Source: Entomortierella parvispora E1425 | Lineage: Eukaryota > Fungi > Mortierellomycota | DNA length: 64,000 nt | Direction: 5' to 3' | Assembly (NCBI GenBank): GCA_020891255.1 | Contig: BQFW01000003.1 | Coordinates: 1,612,001 to 1,676,000 of the forward strand | Shown: positions 1 to 14,051 of the stretch, one piece after another | How the letters are laid out: every line of letters begins with the position of its first letter | Position numbering within the stretch: position 1 is the first letter of the stretch | Made by a program: the position numbers and the translations under genes | Notes under the pieces: generated by a model | Seen by the model: only the letters and a program-made list of their open reading frames with translations | What the model was told of the DNA's origin: nothing | The model's database searches: none

Positions 1-661
1 TGTGCTCTTTTTTCTTTCTTTTTTTCTTTCTTTTTTTCTTTTTTTTTTTTCCCCTTCTGTTCCGTGGCGCGCGTCGGTGGGGGAGATGGGTCCACATCGA
101 TGAACACACCCACACAAACCCACATCCTTCCCCCTTCTCTTTCGATGGCTGCTTGAACAGATCCCAGGTCAGCTTCGCCCTCGGATGGCCATGGTCTTCT
201 GAGATTCAATCTCTTCTCTTCTGCGTGATGTGATCGACGTGCATGGGGGTTGTTTTTCCTTGATGGCCTGTTTGAAACCGATTTCCGAGTCTGGATCGCT
301 GCAGGCGTAGCATGTTGTGTCTCTATGTTTATCCATGTTCACATCCTGGCCATGTCTGTCTGTCCTTTTCATTTAACAAAACCACCCTCCTCCAGGATCA
401 CGTCTGGGGCCGTGCCATGTCTTGCGTGCGCGCACGGAACAACGACAAGAGGACAAGAGGTTCAAACATCAAGAACTGCGGACTGCGCAATTTGTCCCTT
501 CCACTTCGCCCGCGAAGAGAGACGAGAGAGAGCGAGAGACGTGTCCAAAATTCACAGTCACAGAAGTAAACAATCTTTTTTCTTTTTTATGCATGCTTGG
601 GCTTGCCCAGGACTGGGACCATCTCCATCACTCAACTTACATCCCGCTGGATTGCATCACC

Positions 662-3117
662 ATGGGCCCAGACAAGAAGAGAAAGCTGTCCCGGGACGAT
701 ATCGAGGATAGAAATAGGCCACCAAAGGTCCTCAGGGCCGACAAGAAGGACATAAAGGAGACCAAGGAGACCAAGGACAAGAAGGACAAGAAGGACAAGA
801 AGGACAAGAAGGACAAGAAGGAAAAGAAGGAGAAAAAAGACAAAAAGGAAGAACCAAAAGAAAAGACTGTCAAGGATAAAAAGGACAAGAAGGAAAAGAA
901 AGCCAAAGACTCGGAATCATCAGACTCCACCACCGAGTCCAAGGAGAAGGATGTCGAGATGACCTCAGCAGAGTCCTCCGATACTGCCCCCGTGACAAAG
1001 CCAGTTGGTAAAACCCGTTCACATTACAAGGACAGAAAATCAAGAATGGCTTGAACTCGCTCACTAAATATGCTTCCTCCTTCTAGACGATGGTCTGACA
1101 AAAAAGGAACGCAAGATGTTGAAGCTGAAGAGCCGTCAGTTGAGCAGGAAATCTGAGGGCGACGGAGAACCAAGTCTCATCATCAACCAGAGCCATGACA
1201 TGCTCTCACTCAAGGTAAGCCTTTGTTGCTTTCATCCCATACAGACTTATAAGGAGTGACAAAATACTAATAGTTGATCATTTGTATGCTTTTACAGGAT
1301 TTGCGCGACCTCGTGGTCTTTACCCTCACGGAAACGCCGTCATTACCCTGGATCCAGGTCAAGAACAAATTCAAGATTGAGAAAATGCTGATGCTCTACA
1401 TCTCTGGACTCGATACCGATCTCTTCCATATCAACCTTCAGTCACCGGACGCTCACAAGCCCATTGCATGGGTCGATCGGGCAAAGAAGCAAGGAGGACC
1501 CGCCTCGGAATTCAAGCAGCTGTCAAACCATTTCCAGGAGATGAATGTGGTAAAGGCTACTGGAGATCGATTCAGGATTCATTCACCCACCAACACGTTG
1601 CTGAACGTCCCCTTGAGTAACTCTGAAAAGACAAAGCGCGACAACCTGAAAAAGAGTAAGTCCCCGATCTTTTTTTGGTTTTCTGATTGATACCGTTCTT
1701 CAGGGACTGTCGACTGACCCACTGTTTTCTCCTTGCTTCTTGCCTTTTAGAGGCCAACGCTGCAAAGCAGGCTAAGCAACCCATCAAGAAGCCAGAAAAC
1801 TACATGTTGTCATTGGAGGATCTTCGTGAAAACAACTACCCCCTCCCTTCGTATCTTGCATCGGAAGCTGCTCCCTTAGAGAATGGGTGGATTGAGACTC
1901 CCAAGCTGGAAAAGAAGACCTTGACACCCCCACCAAAAATCATGATTGCCATGGATTGTGAGATGGTAAGGCTCTTCTCAAGAATACTTGGATTGAATAT
2001 CACGTACGGATATGTTTATAACCTCGATTGCATATTTTTGCCTCTTCGCAACCTATAGTGTAGGACAGAAGCTGGACCAGAATTGACAAGAGTGACATTG
2101 ATTGACCACAACGGCCAAACAATCATGGATGAACTCGTCATGCCCGAGTTGCCCATTTTGGATTACTTGACTCAGTACTCTGGTATGACGGCCGCTCGTC
2201 TCCAGGGAGTAACGACGCGTTTGGCAGAGGTACAAGAGAAGGTGAAGAAGCTGGTCACCTATAACACAATCTTGGTTGGACACTCGCTCGAGAACGATAT
2301 GAGGGTCTTGAAGTTGGCGCACCCTTTTATCATTGATACCAGTGTTGTTTTCCATCACACTCGAGGAGCCCCCTACCGTCCCGGATTGAAGTGGTTGGCC
2401 CAAAAGTGGCTCAACCGAACCATTCAGGCCAACATGGAGCGTGGACACGACTCTGCAGAGGATGCCCTTGCCTGTATGGATTTGATCAAGCTCAAGTTGA
2501 AGAAGCCCGTTGGATTCGGTGAATTTGAACAGGACCACGAATCACTCTTTTCAAGACTGTCCAGGTTCATGAACCCAAGGACATCGGCTTTGATCGATGC
2601 AGATTCCTTTGCCGGTCAGTCTGCAACCACCACCATCAAGACTGGCAGCGACAAGGAAGTCGTGGATGCTGTTCCAGAGGCCATTGCGAACCACAACTTT
2701 GTCTGGGCCAGGTTAAGAGATATCGAGATCAACCACGGAAAGTCGCCCTTGGCGCCTTTGCAGGAGGGTCAGATCGTCGATACAGGTCGTGCTTCCAAGA
2801 TCAGCAGTAGAGACAAGATCCAGGCTACAGAGGCCGAGATCTTGGCGGGTGTCCACTCCATTGATGATAGCATTCACAAGATCTTGGAGTGTTTGCCAGC
2901 CCGCACTGCCGTCATTGTCACCAGCGGTCAAGGAGACCATCGTGAGGTGTCAAGAATGCAGGAGAGACAAAAGGTGTATCTCGAACTTCGTAAGAAAAAC
3001 GTTCCTGATGAGGATATCCCTGCTGCTGATCGCTTCACAGACGAGGACGAGAGTGCCTTGGAGAAAGCCGTCGAGAAGGCAAAGGCTGGAATCTGTTTCC
3101 TGATGATCAAGTCATAA
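662..3117 (+). CDS. DEDDh 3'-5' RNA exonuclease, REX1/RNH70 (REXO1)-like; spliced, with Lys/Asp-rich N-terminus
   Basis: Exonuclease motifs AMDCEM, LVGHSLENDMRVLK, IIDTS, GHDSAEDA in ORFs 1687-2058 and 2083-3117. GT-AG introns at about 1008-1086, 1215-1298, 1656-1751 and 1966-2056 join the frames. (KDK)n repeat at 770-900. Confidence 0.88.
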
Positions 3118-3833
3118 GTCGAACGAAAGCAGAAGAGTCGAATAATAAAACAAAAAAAGTCGCTTGTGATGAACAGGAAAGAAGAAAAAGAGTGAAGAAG
3201 TTGCTTCATTTTGTGGATATCCCCCGAGGATAGGATGGGTTCGTGTAACGCGTCTCGGACAGAAAAAGGGGGCGGGGGTGGGAATGTAATTGCCACGCAC
3301 GGATCAAGTTCAAATAGGGACAGAAGGAGTGGCCACAGGATGCACAAGAAAATCCTCCATTTTTTTCGCTGGCCATCCTTCCAAGGAGTGAGAACCTCTT
3401 TCTTCTTCGTTCCCTGCCCCCTAGATATCTACCCTAAGATCAAGAGCGAAAAAAAAACAAGGAGTCTTTCAAGGAAAGAAAGGGGGGTAGCGGAAACCGT
3501 GGGGTGTCTAGTTTTTATTGGGCCACGACCCAATGCACCGCTCTCCTTGATGCCTCGATGGAGTGAGTATGTTGACCGTACGAGAAACCCTCCCTAAATG
3601 TTGAACGCGCGCATCGCGCCATGGCTACCCATTTTTTCAGGGGTGTCAGTCAAGCGCAGATCGTGGCGACATTTTCTCTCCTCTTCAATCCTCTCTTTTC
3701 TTTTTCTCTTTTTTTTTTTTTCTTCATCACTGATCCTCCCAGCGTCTCTTTGTCTTTTTCCCTCCTTCTTTTCCTCTTCTTTCTCCTCCACTTCAAGAGA
3801 CAAGACACAGTCCCCCCAACGAATACTTGTACA

Positions 3834-6430
3834 ATGCGCGTCTCGACAGCCATCGCACTGGTCACCCTCGCCAGTGCTACCTTTGTTCGCGCCTCCAATG
3901 TGATCGAGTTGACCAAGGAAACATTCAAAGGAGTCGTCTCACCCGACCAAGAGATTATCCTCGTCGACTTTTATACACCCTGGTGTGGTCATTGCAAAAA
4001 TCTCGGTAAGAAGCAAAACGATACCACTGGAGCCTTCCCTGCATGGGGATCCCAGCAAAGCAGGAGAACAAGACTCGAGAGATGAGAAGGAGAAAATATA
4101 TTTTCCATCCAACTGACAAAATGATTCATCCCATGGGATTGTTGTCCACATTAGAACCCGAGTTTGAGAAGGCAGCCGAAGAGTTGAAAAAGTCAGATAT
4201 TCCCTTGGCCAAGGTGGATTGCACAGAACAGTCTGAGCTTTGCAAGGACTATGAAGTGACGGGCTACCCTACCTTGAAGATCTTCAAGTAAGTTTAACCC
4301 CTCCTTGTTCGTTCAAACGTACACACCACTCACAACAGGAAAAGAAAACAACTTTGTCAACAAGGGTTGGGCGAAAGGATTTCAGGGGGTGCGAATGAGT
4401 GTGTGACCATGGTGCAACGTAGACTCTCACACGCCCTTTTTTTTGACATTCTTTGCGCTCCTCCTTTTTTTTTTATTTTTACTTTTGATGTTTCCAGGAA
4501 GGGCATTCCCAGAGATTACAAGGGCACCCGCAAGTCAGAGGGTACCGATGGTATCATTTCCTACGTCAAGAAGCATGCTGCACCACCCGTGACGGAACTC
4601 ACGCCCGAGACCCTCCCCGCCTTTGCCGCCTCGGAGCGTGTAGTCGTGGTCGCTGTCCTGCCCAAGAACAGCATCATGCACGAGGACGTCGAGCGAATTG
4701 CCAACTATTACAGAGACGATTTTATCTTTGGTGAGGTGGAAACCCATCCTGATGTCAAGGCCCCAGGTATTGTCCTCTACAAGAAGTTTGACGAGGGCAA
4801 GAACATCTATGAGGGCAAGTTCAATGATCGATCCTTGGTCAAATTTGTGCGCGCCAACTGTCTCCCCCTCCTCGACGAGATGGGACCCAAGAACTATGCT
4901 CACTACATGGATGGCGGTCTTCCCCTGGCCTACCTCTTCTTTGGTAACCAAGAGCAATTGGACACTTATAAGGATGATCTGATCAAGTACGCCAAGGAGA
5001 TGAAGGGCACCGTCAACTTTGTGACCGTGGACGGCACCCGCTTCGGCGCCCACGCCGCCAACGTCGGCCTCGAGGAGGTCTGGCCCGGTTTCGCGCTCCA
5101 GGATGTCAACACGGCCGACAAATACCCCTTGATCTTGGCCGAGGGCGAGACCTTGACGATCGAGCGTATGCGCGAGCACACAAAGAAGACCTTGGCAGGC
5201 GAGCTCCGCTCCAAACTCAAATCCGAGGCCATCCCCGCCTCCAACGACGGACCCGTCACCATTGTCGTCGCCCACAACTATGCCGATATCGTTGAACAGC
5301 AGGAGAAGGATGTCTTGATCGAATACTATGCTCCCTGGTGCGGGTTCTGTAAACAGTTGGAGCCCATCTACGAAGAGCTCGGAGAACTTTACAAAGGCTC
5401 TAATATCGTCATTGCCAAATTCGATGCCACGGCCAATGATCTGCCCTCCAACGTGCCTTTCCGTGTCGATGGTTACCCCACGATCAAGTTCAAGAAGGCC
5501 GGCTCCAAGGAGTACATGGAATACAGCGGAGGACGGACCAAAGAGGACTTTGTTGATTTCTTGAACACCCATGCCGTCAACAAGTACGATGTCGGTATCC
5601 AAAAGGTGGTCAAGTCCGAGGCCATCCCCGCCTCCAACGACGGACCCGTCACTATCGTGGTCGCCAACAACTATGCCGATATCGTTGAACAGCAGGAGAA
5701 GGATGTCTTGATCGAATATTATGCTCCCTGGTGCGGTTTCTGTAAACAGTTGGAGCCCATCTACGAGGAGCTCGGAGAACTTTACAAAGGCTCTGATATC
5801 GTCATTGCCAAATTCGATGCTACCGCCAATGAGCTTCCCAAGTCTGTTCCTTTCCAGGTCCAGGGTTACCCCACGATCAAGTTCAAGAAGGCTGGTTCCA
5901 AGGAGTACATGGAGTACAGTGGAGGACGCACCAAGGAGGACTTTGTTGATTTCTTGAACACCCATGCCGTCAACAAGTTCGATGTCGGTATCCAAAAGGT
6001 GGTCAAGTCCGAGGCGATCCCCACCTCCAACGACGGACCCGTCACGATTGTGGTGGCCAACAACTATGCTGATATCGTTGATCAAAAGGACAAGGATATC
6101 TTGATTGAGTACTATGCTCCTTGGTGCGGGTTCTGCAAAATGTTGGCCCCCATCTATGACGAGGTCGGAGAGCTTTACAAGGGCACCAACATTGTGGTGG
6201 CCAAGTTTGATGTCACGGCCAATGAACTTCCCAAGTCTGTTCCCTTCGAGGTCGATGGTTACCCTACCATCAAGTTCAAGAAGGCTGGCACGGACACTTA
6301 CATTGACTATAATGGCGAGCGCACCAAGGAGGGCTTTGTGTCTTTCTTGACCAAGCACGCGACCATCAAGGTGGAGGTGAACAACACTGAGAACCCTGTT
6401 GCCCAGGATATTGAACACGACGAGCTGTAA
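3834..6430 (+). CDS. PDI1: Protein disulfide isomerase with signal peptide, a-b-b' domains, three tandem a' domains and C-terminal HDEL
   Basis: Signal peptide MRVSTAIALVTLASATFVRA, WCGHC in the first domain, three WCGFC domains, HDEL-stop. Introns at about 4006-4152 and 4289-4496. Confidence 0.95.
5222..6400 (+). repeat. Intragenic tandem repeat, 3 x 393 bp (131 aa thioredoxin a' domain)
   Basis: TCCGAGGC(C/G)ATCCCC unit starts at 5222, 5615 and 6008 (period 393). Units 1 and 2 are near-identical and unit 3 is more diverged. Confidence 0.95.
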
Positions 6431-7246
6431 ATAATCACAAAATAAATCTTTCTTTCTACATTCAGAACCATTCCCTCTCCTTTTTGCCCGCAGCCCTAGG
6501 GGGGAAAGAAAAAAAGAAAGAAGAAAAGGGAATGAAGCGTTGATGCTGCTCATTACGCAGGACAGGCCAGAGTAGATCGTTCATTCATTTCTCAGGGGAT
6601 CATCGTAGACTTGTATCCAAGTTTATTGATTAAAACGTCAAGAGGAACAAAGTGCCTTACTAATTGCTGACAGCTCATCGGTTTAGGGAGGCGCTTCAGG
6701 CATAGAGAAATCAGCTGTGCAGAAGAGATCGCCTCTATCTTTAAATGTATACGCATCGGAGAGTCGAGGAGAGACCGAGAGAGTGAGGATGGGGGCATTG
6801 AGTAAGGTGGGTCAGATCTATGGAATCTTCAGTCTTGACTAACGGGACAACAGCTTGGGGGCCTATGTGGCGGAGTTGATATTGGACGGAAATTTGGGCT
6901 GAGATTAGGTCGCAGACTGGATTTTAAGCTGATATCTGTCGTCAAGAGCACTTTGAGTGGGACGAAAAAGTGCTTTCATCCTCAATGGCCGAGCACCACC
7001 GTGCCGCAATCGCTCAAGATTAACAGAGCGCATCCAAGTCTAGTCATCTCAACAAAGCAGATAGAAAAGGTGTTTTGTTTGCTTTAGCAATGGTGGGTTG
7101 ACAGTTTTATTGACTCTCTGTCGTTATTTTTTTCCCGTTCTCTAAAGACAAATCATTGAAGGTCGCTTCAGAGACTCGGAAAACGGCAAGAGAGCGCAAG
7201 ATGAAAGACTGAAAACAAAGGCACCCCAAGGAAAGGATCGATTAAT

Positions 7247-7698
7247 TTAATCGAAGAGACCGAATCCCATATCGTCATCAGACTCCTCCTTGGCCTCCTC
7301 CTTCTTCTCCTCAGCCTTCTCGGCAGCGGCAGCGGCACCACCGGCAGCGGGGGCAGCGGCAGCGGAAGCGCCACCAGCGGGGACGGAAGCGAGCTTGGAG
7401 GAACCCTCAGCGATGAGCTAATAGAAGGAATTAAAGAAAGAAAAAAAGTAAGCGACTGAAGAACCAGAGAGAAAGAGAGAGGCTGATGGTCTCCAAGATT
7501 GCCCTCCATTGTGTAGTTGAACTGATAATCTGAACGCACCTCGTTGATGTCCTTGCCAGCGAGCTGGGCGATCAAAGCCTCAACACGCTCGGACTCGGTC
7601 TCAACACCAACGGTGGCGAGGAGAGCCGAGACATCAGCAGCAGAGGGGGCGGTGTTACCACCGATGGTGAGCAAAAGGTAGGCAGCGAGGTACTTCAT
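7247..7698 (-). CDS. RPP2: 60S acidic ribosomal protein P2
   Basis: [11 protein letters not shown]-terminus. One GT-AG intron at 7418-7539. Exon 2 gives the Ala-rich hinge and [13 protein letters not shown]-stop. Confidence 0.97.
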
Positions 7699-9079
7699 GG
7701 TGACTAAGTAGTCGACAAGGAAAAAGGGAAAAACTTGGTGAGTACACTGAAACGTGCGAGCGCTGTTCCTGCAGTAGGTCGACTGTTGATCCTGGGTGAT
7801 GTTGGCCTCTCCTCTACATTTGTCTAATCCACCATGTCTTTCCAGAGAGAATGGTTTCCTGTTGACAAGTCAAGAAAGAGCCATTGCCATGATTGACGCT
7901 CTGACAACCGTTGTTGAATGCTGATTGACATGTGCCAAGTTCCGTGATTGAAAAATGATCTTGGCGATGCCAGTGAACTATCGAAATTTGTCGTAGGATA
8001 CGGCTGCTGCAACTGTCTGCCGAGTTGAATCCGTTGAAGATCCGTGTCCGTGAGCCTGCGATGGTGATCGATGGTCCAGATGCGTCGATGGATGGATCGG
8101 ATGGATCGGATGTGCGCACCTTTTGTATCGAAAAGTGCGGTTTAACTCTTTCGAGAACTATTCGAATTCAAAGAGGAGGAACCCAACAGCGCACGGCTTC
8201 GCTCGCAATTTAAAGGAAATTTGAATCACGTGCACTCCTTCTTCTCCGCCGCCAATATTCTCCTCGCGTCTGCAGGTCAACTGTCGCTGCTCGATGTCCT
8301 TGTTGGTGTCGCTGTTGTCACCGTGCACCACGGGGTTCATGATCTGCAAAATCTGTTTCACATTCAGGCACTGAGCATTGAGGGGATACGAGCCCATTTC
8401 ACTGAATGTCCGTTAAACCGCAACTCCCACAGAGGGTACTGTACTATCCGTCTCTGACCTTCGTCACTGTGAGCAGGAAAGACGTCTAGGCCTGGTGACT
8501 CCTCTCATTGTCCGCGTACTTGTTGGCGCTCGCTTTTGTGTCCCTTTGTGAATAATTTCCCTTAGATCTCCAAGAAAAAAAAGAGAACAGCTGCACGGAG
8601 ACAATTAGAGACCTCTTGCTCAACGTGTGAACGAGGGACTCGTGGTGGACAAGTGACCAGGCCGCTGAAAACGATGAGCTTGACAGCATAGAAAACGTTG
8701 ACGTTCTCGAAGACTATGACGATGACGACAACGAGCCGTTGTTCTGTACTTGGCATTTTTCAAATAGAGAGGGCAAAGAACACGGATAAAGCGTTTAACA
8801 ACAAACAATCGTCGGCTTCAGTTACTCCCTTCGACGAGAGCTCGTGGGGAATTGATATTGGCGTTCAGATTGCCGAGAGGGGGAGGTGATGGCGGAGGAA
8901 GAGGAAGAAGATGAATCGCCAACCTTCATCAGATCCAAAGGTCTCTAGATTATGGCCATTGCGGACAAAACGCCAGCTCCAGCCAAAAGAATTGTTGAGT
9001 GGCAGCTGAAGGATCAATAGGTCTAAACGTCGCCAGCTTGAGGTCAGTATAGACAATGTTACCCTCCTAATGCATCCCC

Positions 9080-9260
9080 TGACTTTTCCCTGCCCTTGCC
9101 TTTCCCTGCCCTTGCTTTTCTCTTCCCTTGCTTTTGGCCGCCCTGGCTTTTCCCTGCCCTCGCTTTCCTGCCCTTCTTTTTACCTGGCATCACTCTTCCC
9201 TACACTTGCTTTTCCCTGCCCATTCTTTTCCCTGCCATTGACTTCCACATCCCCTGTTGT
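9080..9260. repeat. Imperfect pyrimidine-rich tandem repeat (TTTTCCCTGCCC-like units)
   Basis: Repeated TTTCCCTGCCC motifs directly left of the MULE insertion site. Confidence 0.7.
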
Positions 9261-9308
9261 TTTCCACTGGGGTTTACCCCGTTCTTCTGTCAGTTCCATT
9301 TTTTTTTT

Positions 9309-9525
9309 GAGTGAACGAATTCCCACCTCCCCCCGTCAAACATCACTGTGACGGGACGTCAAAATTTATTCTGAGCCCACTTTTGACGGCCCTCTTCCCC
9401 CGTCTGAGTTGTCAACTGCGCTACTCTGACCCTCTCGCATCCCGTCAGAATGCTTCTCAGCACCTATTCCAACATGCCGTCAACGATTAAATTATCCCTT
9501 CATCTTACCACCGGTGAAAAAAATC
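9309..9525 (+). repeat. Left terminal inverted repeat of MULE (~217 bp)
   Basis: Reverse complement of 18874-19090, with no mismatch seen by eye. Contains several CCGTCA/TGACGG sub-repeats. Confidence 0.95.
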
Positions 9526-10479
9526 CATCATTTTCTTGAATACTTTTATCGAAGTAAACTTACTCTAGAATAAAAATAGTGAGGTCTGATGACCTCCCTC
9601 TGTCATTGCTGTTCTCTCACCAACGCTTGGCGATATGCCAAACAGGCCAAATGGAGATGACAAGTTGCGTTTCTGAAAGACCATTAAAGATTGTTCTTGG
9701 GCCTGACAGACTGAAACTACTCACCGAACGGTATCCTCAACCATGATTATTTCAAAGCAGTCGTGACCTTGAAAAAGTAATTCACCCTCAGTGGGCTTTC
9801 TGCTCAACAACAGTCTAGGCACACTAGAGGAATGAAACGTTTTATGGCAACAAACTACATGTACTAGAGCATTCTTGGTCCACCCCTTCATGGTTGACCA
9901 CCCCATGTGCGACAATTACTATGCAGGTGCGGCCTGTCTGCCCCACTTTGCAACGCTCGGGCGAAGGCCAGCGGGATTTTTTTTTTCTGATTGTCTGTTT
10001 TTGTAATACGCACACACCTGGACAAACGCGCGTCCATGTTATCCACCTTTCTTTTCCCCCAGCACCCCCTTCCACCATTTCCAAGAACAGCGATGGCACG
10101 ACGTGACTACGAAATTGATTGGATGAAGAGATTCAAAGCAGAACTCCAGGCAGAGGCCGATGATCTCGATGTGCCAGGGATCTCCTTGTAGTCAACCAAG
10201 ACTGTTTTACGGGCAGTCCTGAGCTGCAAAGGCTTTCCTCCAGCATCGTCAGTGCCTTCCTTCATTTTCTTTTTTACCCTTGTTCTTGAGCGGTACTTTC
10301 TTTGCGTCTGCCATGGGGATGATAGGATGACTCCCAGTGAAAATGAGACACTGCTTGTCAATAAGACTATGGTGAACGGCGAGAGGCAGATCGCACCGTT
10401 GGTCGATGTAAATTTTTGGACTCCTCGGGATATTTTTTTTTGATGCAATTGAATCTTGCGCGAAGGACCATTCGTTTTA

Positions 10480-13400
10480 TTATCTCAACCCTCCTTGGAC
10501 ACGAGCAATTTCTCTCCTTCTTTCTCCTTCTTTCTCCCTCTTTCTCTCTCTCTCTCTCTGTGCTCTGGCTATAGAGAGCACCCAAACGTGAACTAAGGCA
10601 TAGTTTTTGTCAGCCGTGTAGATCGCCTTGGAATCACCGGAGCCTTTTGATTTGCAGCAACTTTCCGGGGGGGGGCTTGAACATCCTTCGGGGGGAGGGA
10701 TTGTAGCACCTTTCCGAGGTGGGACCGCAGCATCTTTCCGAGGGGGCCTTCCTCTCCCTTTCTTGATAACACCCGGCAATTCTGTCTTGTTCGATCGCGA
10801 TAAACGAAGGCGACGAGATGGGGACTCGTAGCTGGCCTTGAGTCTGCGTTTTCTCGGTCTACCTTTTGTAGCAACTTTGTCACCGTCGATAACCATCCCT
10901 GGGTCGATACCTTTGAATATGTCTTGAGCATCGCCCTCTTTCTTTTCAGTATGCCCATCCCCATGCTGTTGTTGTTGGGGATGCTGTAAAGCCCCATTTG
11001 TGACTTGTGGAACAAATGACGATGCAGCTCTGATGTTCTCGATGACTTGCTTGAAATCTGTGTCTGACACGCCAGGCATTAGAATATCGCTCACAAGACC
11101 CTTGGCTGCTTGCATGACCTTCGAATACCGGATTTTTTTTGATTTCGTAGCCTTGCTGGCAGAGACGACTGGCTCGGGGCAATAAAATCTTTGGGAGGCT
11201 TGGATAGATTCATCATTTGGCTTCGTGACAGATGCACTTGGTCGAGCCGTTGCCCGAGCCAAGACTGAATCGGCTGAAATGGAAGTAGATTCACTCTCCA
11301 CAGCAGTGGCAGCATCCCTTTCGAAATCAGGCCTACACCACCTCGCAGAGATAAGACCGACTTTGTACTTGAAACGACCATCGACTTGCATGAGGGCGGA
11401 AAACGTGCCGGCACACAAATCCTTCGCCCTGCAGGAGGACGCAAGTGCAAAAATACGATCCGTCTTGAAAAAGAATCACGTAGTCCCTTATCTCCGTTCT
11501 TGCACTGTTATCGAAGACTGAAAAAACGCTTTCAATGCTGTCCACATCGACACGCGCAATGAGCTCGCTAACAGAACCAGCAGTCCTCTGATCAACCGTG
11601 ACCTACATAGATGAGCAATTAGAACGTAGAACTCCAGCTTTGGCCTTCATTTCCTTTGCGGAGCTTAACTTACTGTACTTCTCCCCGCATGTGGTACTTG
11701 TGCTCTGAGAAATCGATCGATATCCTCATCTCGATGTATATGGGTCAAGGAGTCAGCCATCTCTATCTTAAGCCTGGCTTGTGCATACGTGCTTAGGCGA
11801 TCACGGTTGATCGAAAGAACACCACGGAATGTCCTCTCAATGCCTCCATTTTCGGTCTCGGTCAGAATACGAATATCCTCTGGTCTGGGCCGTGACACTT
11901 CATTGTCGACCTTTGACATAATAGTTTCAAAGAGTTCGGGAAGCGTTGTGCTGCTGGTAACTTCGTATCGCTTGATGACACTGTGGGTGGTTTCGGCACG
12001 CTGCGTGGATCGCACTCCTGCTGTAAATGGCGCTCGAATCCAAGGTCCTGCCCAGTGTGCTCGCCTGCTGTGTAGCCGCTTGAGGTACCTTCCTGCTGTT
12101 CCTCCATAAAGGGGGTTGTCGTCAATAGGGGCCTTTCCAGGAACAACTATACCATCTCCATCACCACCAAAATTGGAGAGTATATCGCGCCATACTCTCT
12201 CAAATTCCCCTGGTGTAAGGGCTCCAAGTGCTTGTTCGAAGAGCACACTGAACTGGTCAAACCTCCGAATACCAAAAACACGTTGAAGACGCACACGAAC
12301 GTTGTTTCGCAGGTGCCATAAGCAGTTGATAACGCGAGTGTGCTCCCAAACTTGTGAAATGGCAGCATCAAGTGAGGGATCCATATCAACAAACACAACG
12401 CCAGGATCGACTCCTCCGCTGGCGCATCGCAATTGCTCAAGGATCCACCTGTAGTCTTCCTCAGCTTCGCTGCGGGTTAGAGCGCAGGCAACAAGCCGTG
12501 ATCGGAATTCACAGTCAATGACGATGATAAGTACTAGTGGCATCCCAAGTTTGTTCGTCTGTAGAGTGGCGTCCAATACAACAACGTCGTAATATCGGCT
12601 GTATAGCGCGCGCTGAGTAGGATTCATCCAGAAGACTCTTCTAAGAGTAAAGCCGTCGTAGTCTGCCTGATAATACCATTCCTCGGAAGTGGCCGAAAAC
12701 GACTGCTGGTTCAGGAGTGTCAGGAGACGCTCACTTTGGCTCGAGGTGACCGTCGCGTCTAACTTGGCTTCGCACATCCTGAGATAGCTCCGGATTTTTC
12801 TTTTTGTCGAACTTATTCCCTGGGAATTCATACTCGAGGAGCTTGATGGTCATTCTTTCGCCCATGTCCAGATCGAAACCTTTCTTGATGGTAGCCTTCA
12901 TAGTCTTGTCAAGAACCGTGTACTTCGTCATTGTTGCGTCCATTTCATGGTTGTTATGACGAAGTTTGAAGGAACTAATCCGCCAGCTACCTCCCATCTG
13001 ACGGGGTGAAGTGAGGTTGATGAAGAAGCCGCAACCGCAACGTGGAGAGGCCATCCTAGCACGGTGTTTGGCAGGATCATCAACTTTCTTCGCTTTGTGT
13101 GTCCCCTCGTGGCTGCAGACAATTTTAACTACAGAATTGATGTTTGGAGTAATTAGAAAAAGAAAAAAAAAATGAAATGGCCAGTTTGATTACAACATGG
13201 GATATGAATACATACCAGCGGTCTTGGATGATCTTCTTGTCCTTGTTTTGAACCCGAACTGGATAGCCCATTCTTTGATATTCTCCTTGGCGGCCGACAG
13301 ATCCATGAACTTAAAATCGATACTCGGCATCCATGGCTCTCCATCGAGCTCCTCGATCTTTCTGCCAAACATTTCCAATGCATACTGCTGGAATGTGAGT

Positions 13401-13576
13401 GGCTGGTCTACTCCCTCAGAGTCATCAATGACCTTGTCACTGCTGTCACTTTCACCAAGCGCAGGCTCGGCTCCGCCATTGATGTCGTCCGAGCGATGGA
13501 CCCCATCCAAGGCAGTATTGAGGGCGTTTCCAGCGAAGCTTGCAGTAGAGCTGTATGTCTGGCCTTGGCTTGGCAT
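10480..13576 (-). CDS. MULE transposase (FAR1 DNA-binding, MULE DDE, SWIM finger, AT-hook-like tail); two +1 frameshifts as assembled
   Basis: FAR1-like WAIQFGF...VCSHEG...RCGCGF across an intron at about 13130-13215. DDE motifs LDAT, VDMD, CLWH, RAETTHS in ORF 11665-12831. SWIM CTC...CRH in ORF 11333-11545. GRGRPPRK in ORF 10480-11418. Frameshifts at 12795-12799 and 11398-11399. Confidence 0.9.
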
Positions 13577-14051
13577 CTGCGTCGTGATATCAACGAGGTA
13601 CTCGTCTGCGGAGACATTAGTCAGAGGATCACTATGGATCGAAGAAAGAGGCCAGGGCCACAGATTTTTTCCTCGGTTATTTTACTTTCTTCAGAGCGAT
13701 TTTAGGTCAAGCATCTAGGTACAAAAGATCGATCGCCAACAATCCATTACCTTTCCGGCAATTCGTCATAATCACTAAGATCGGAGTACGGTCCAAAATC
13801 GATGATGTTGGAGGTGTTGCCGGACTCTATCAATCGAATTGGAGCGAAACGGTAAATGAACTGCGGGTCTTCATACAATGAGGTTGGCATCATTATTTTA
13901 CGTACGAGCTGGCATGCTAACGGGAGGAGCTGGAGACAAAGCTGTCATGATCGGGGTGCTATCCAGTGCATCCTAATGGGTATTTAAAAGCAGAGTCGAT
14001 ATGAATGTAAGTCCCTTTTTTCATTTGCGGAGAATTTGCATGGTCGAACGG

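Noticed and set aside
4535-6553. 672-aa minus-strand ORF
   Set aside because: Antisense shadow of the PDI coding sequence and its repeat.
7790-9060. Fragmentary minus-strand ORFs, possibly a decayed gene
   Set aside because: No recognisable motif and many stops, so no family could be supported.
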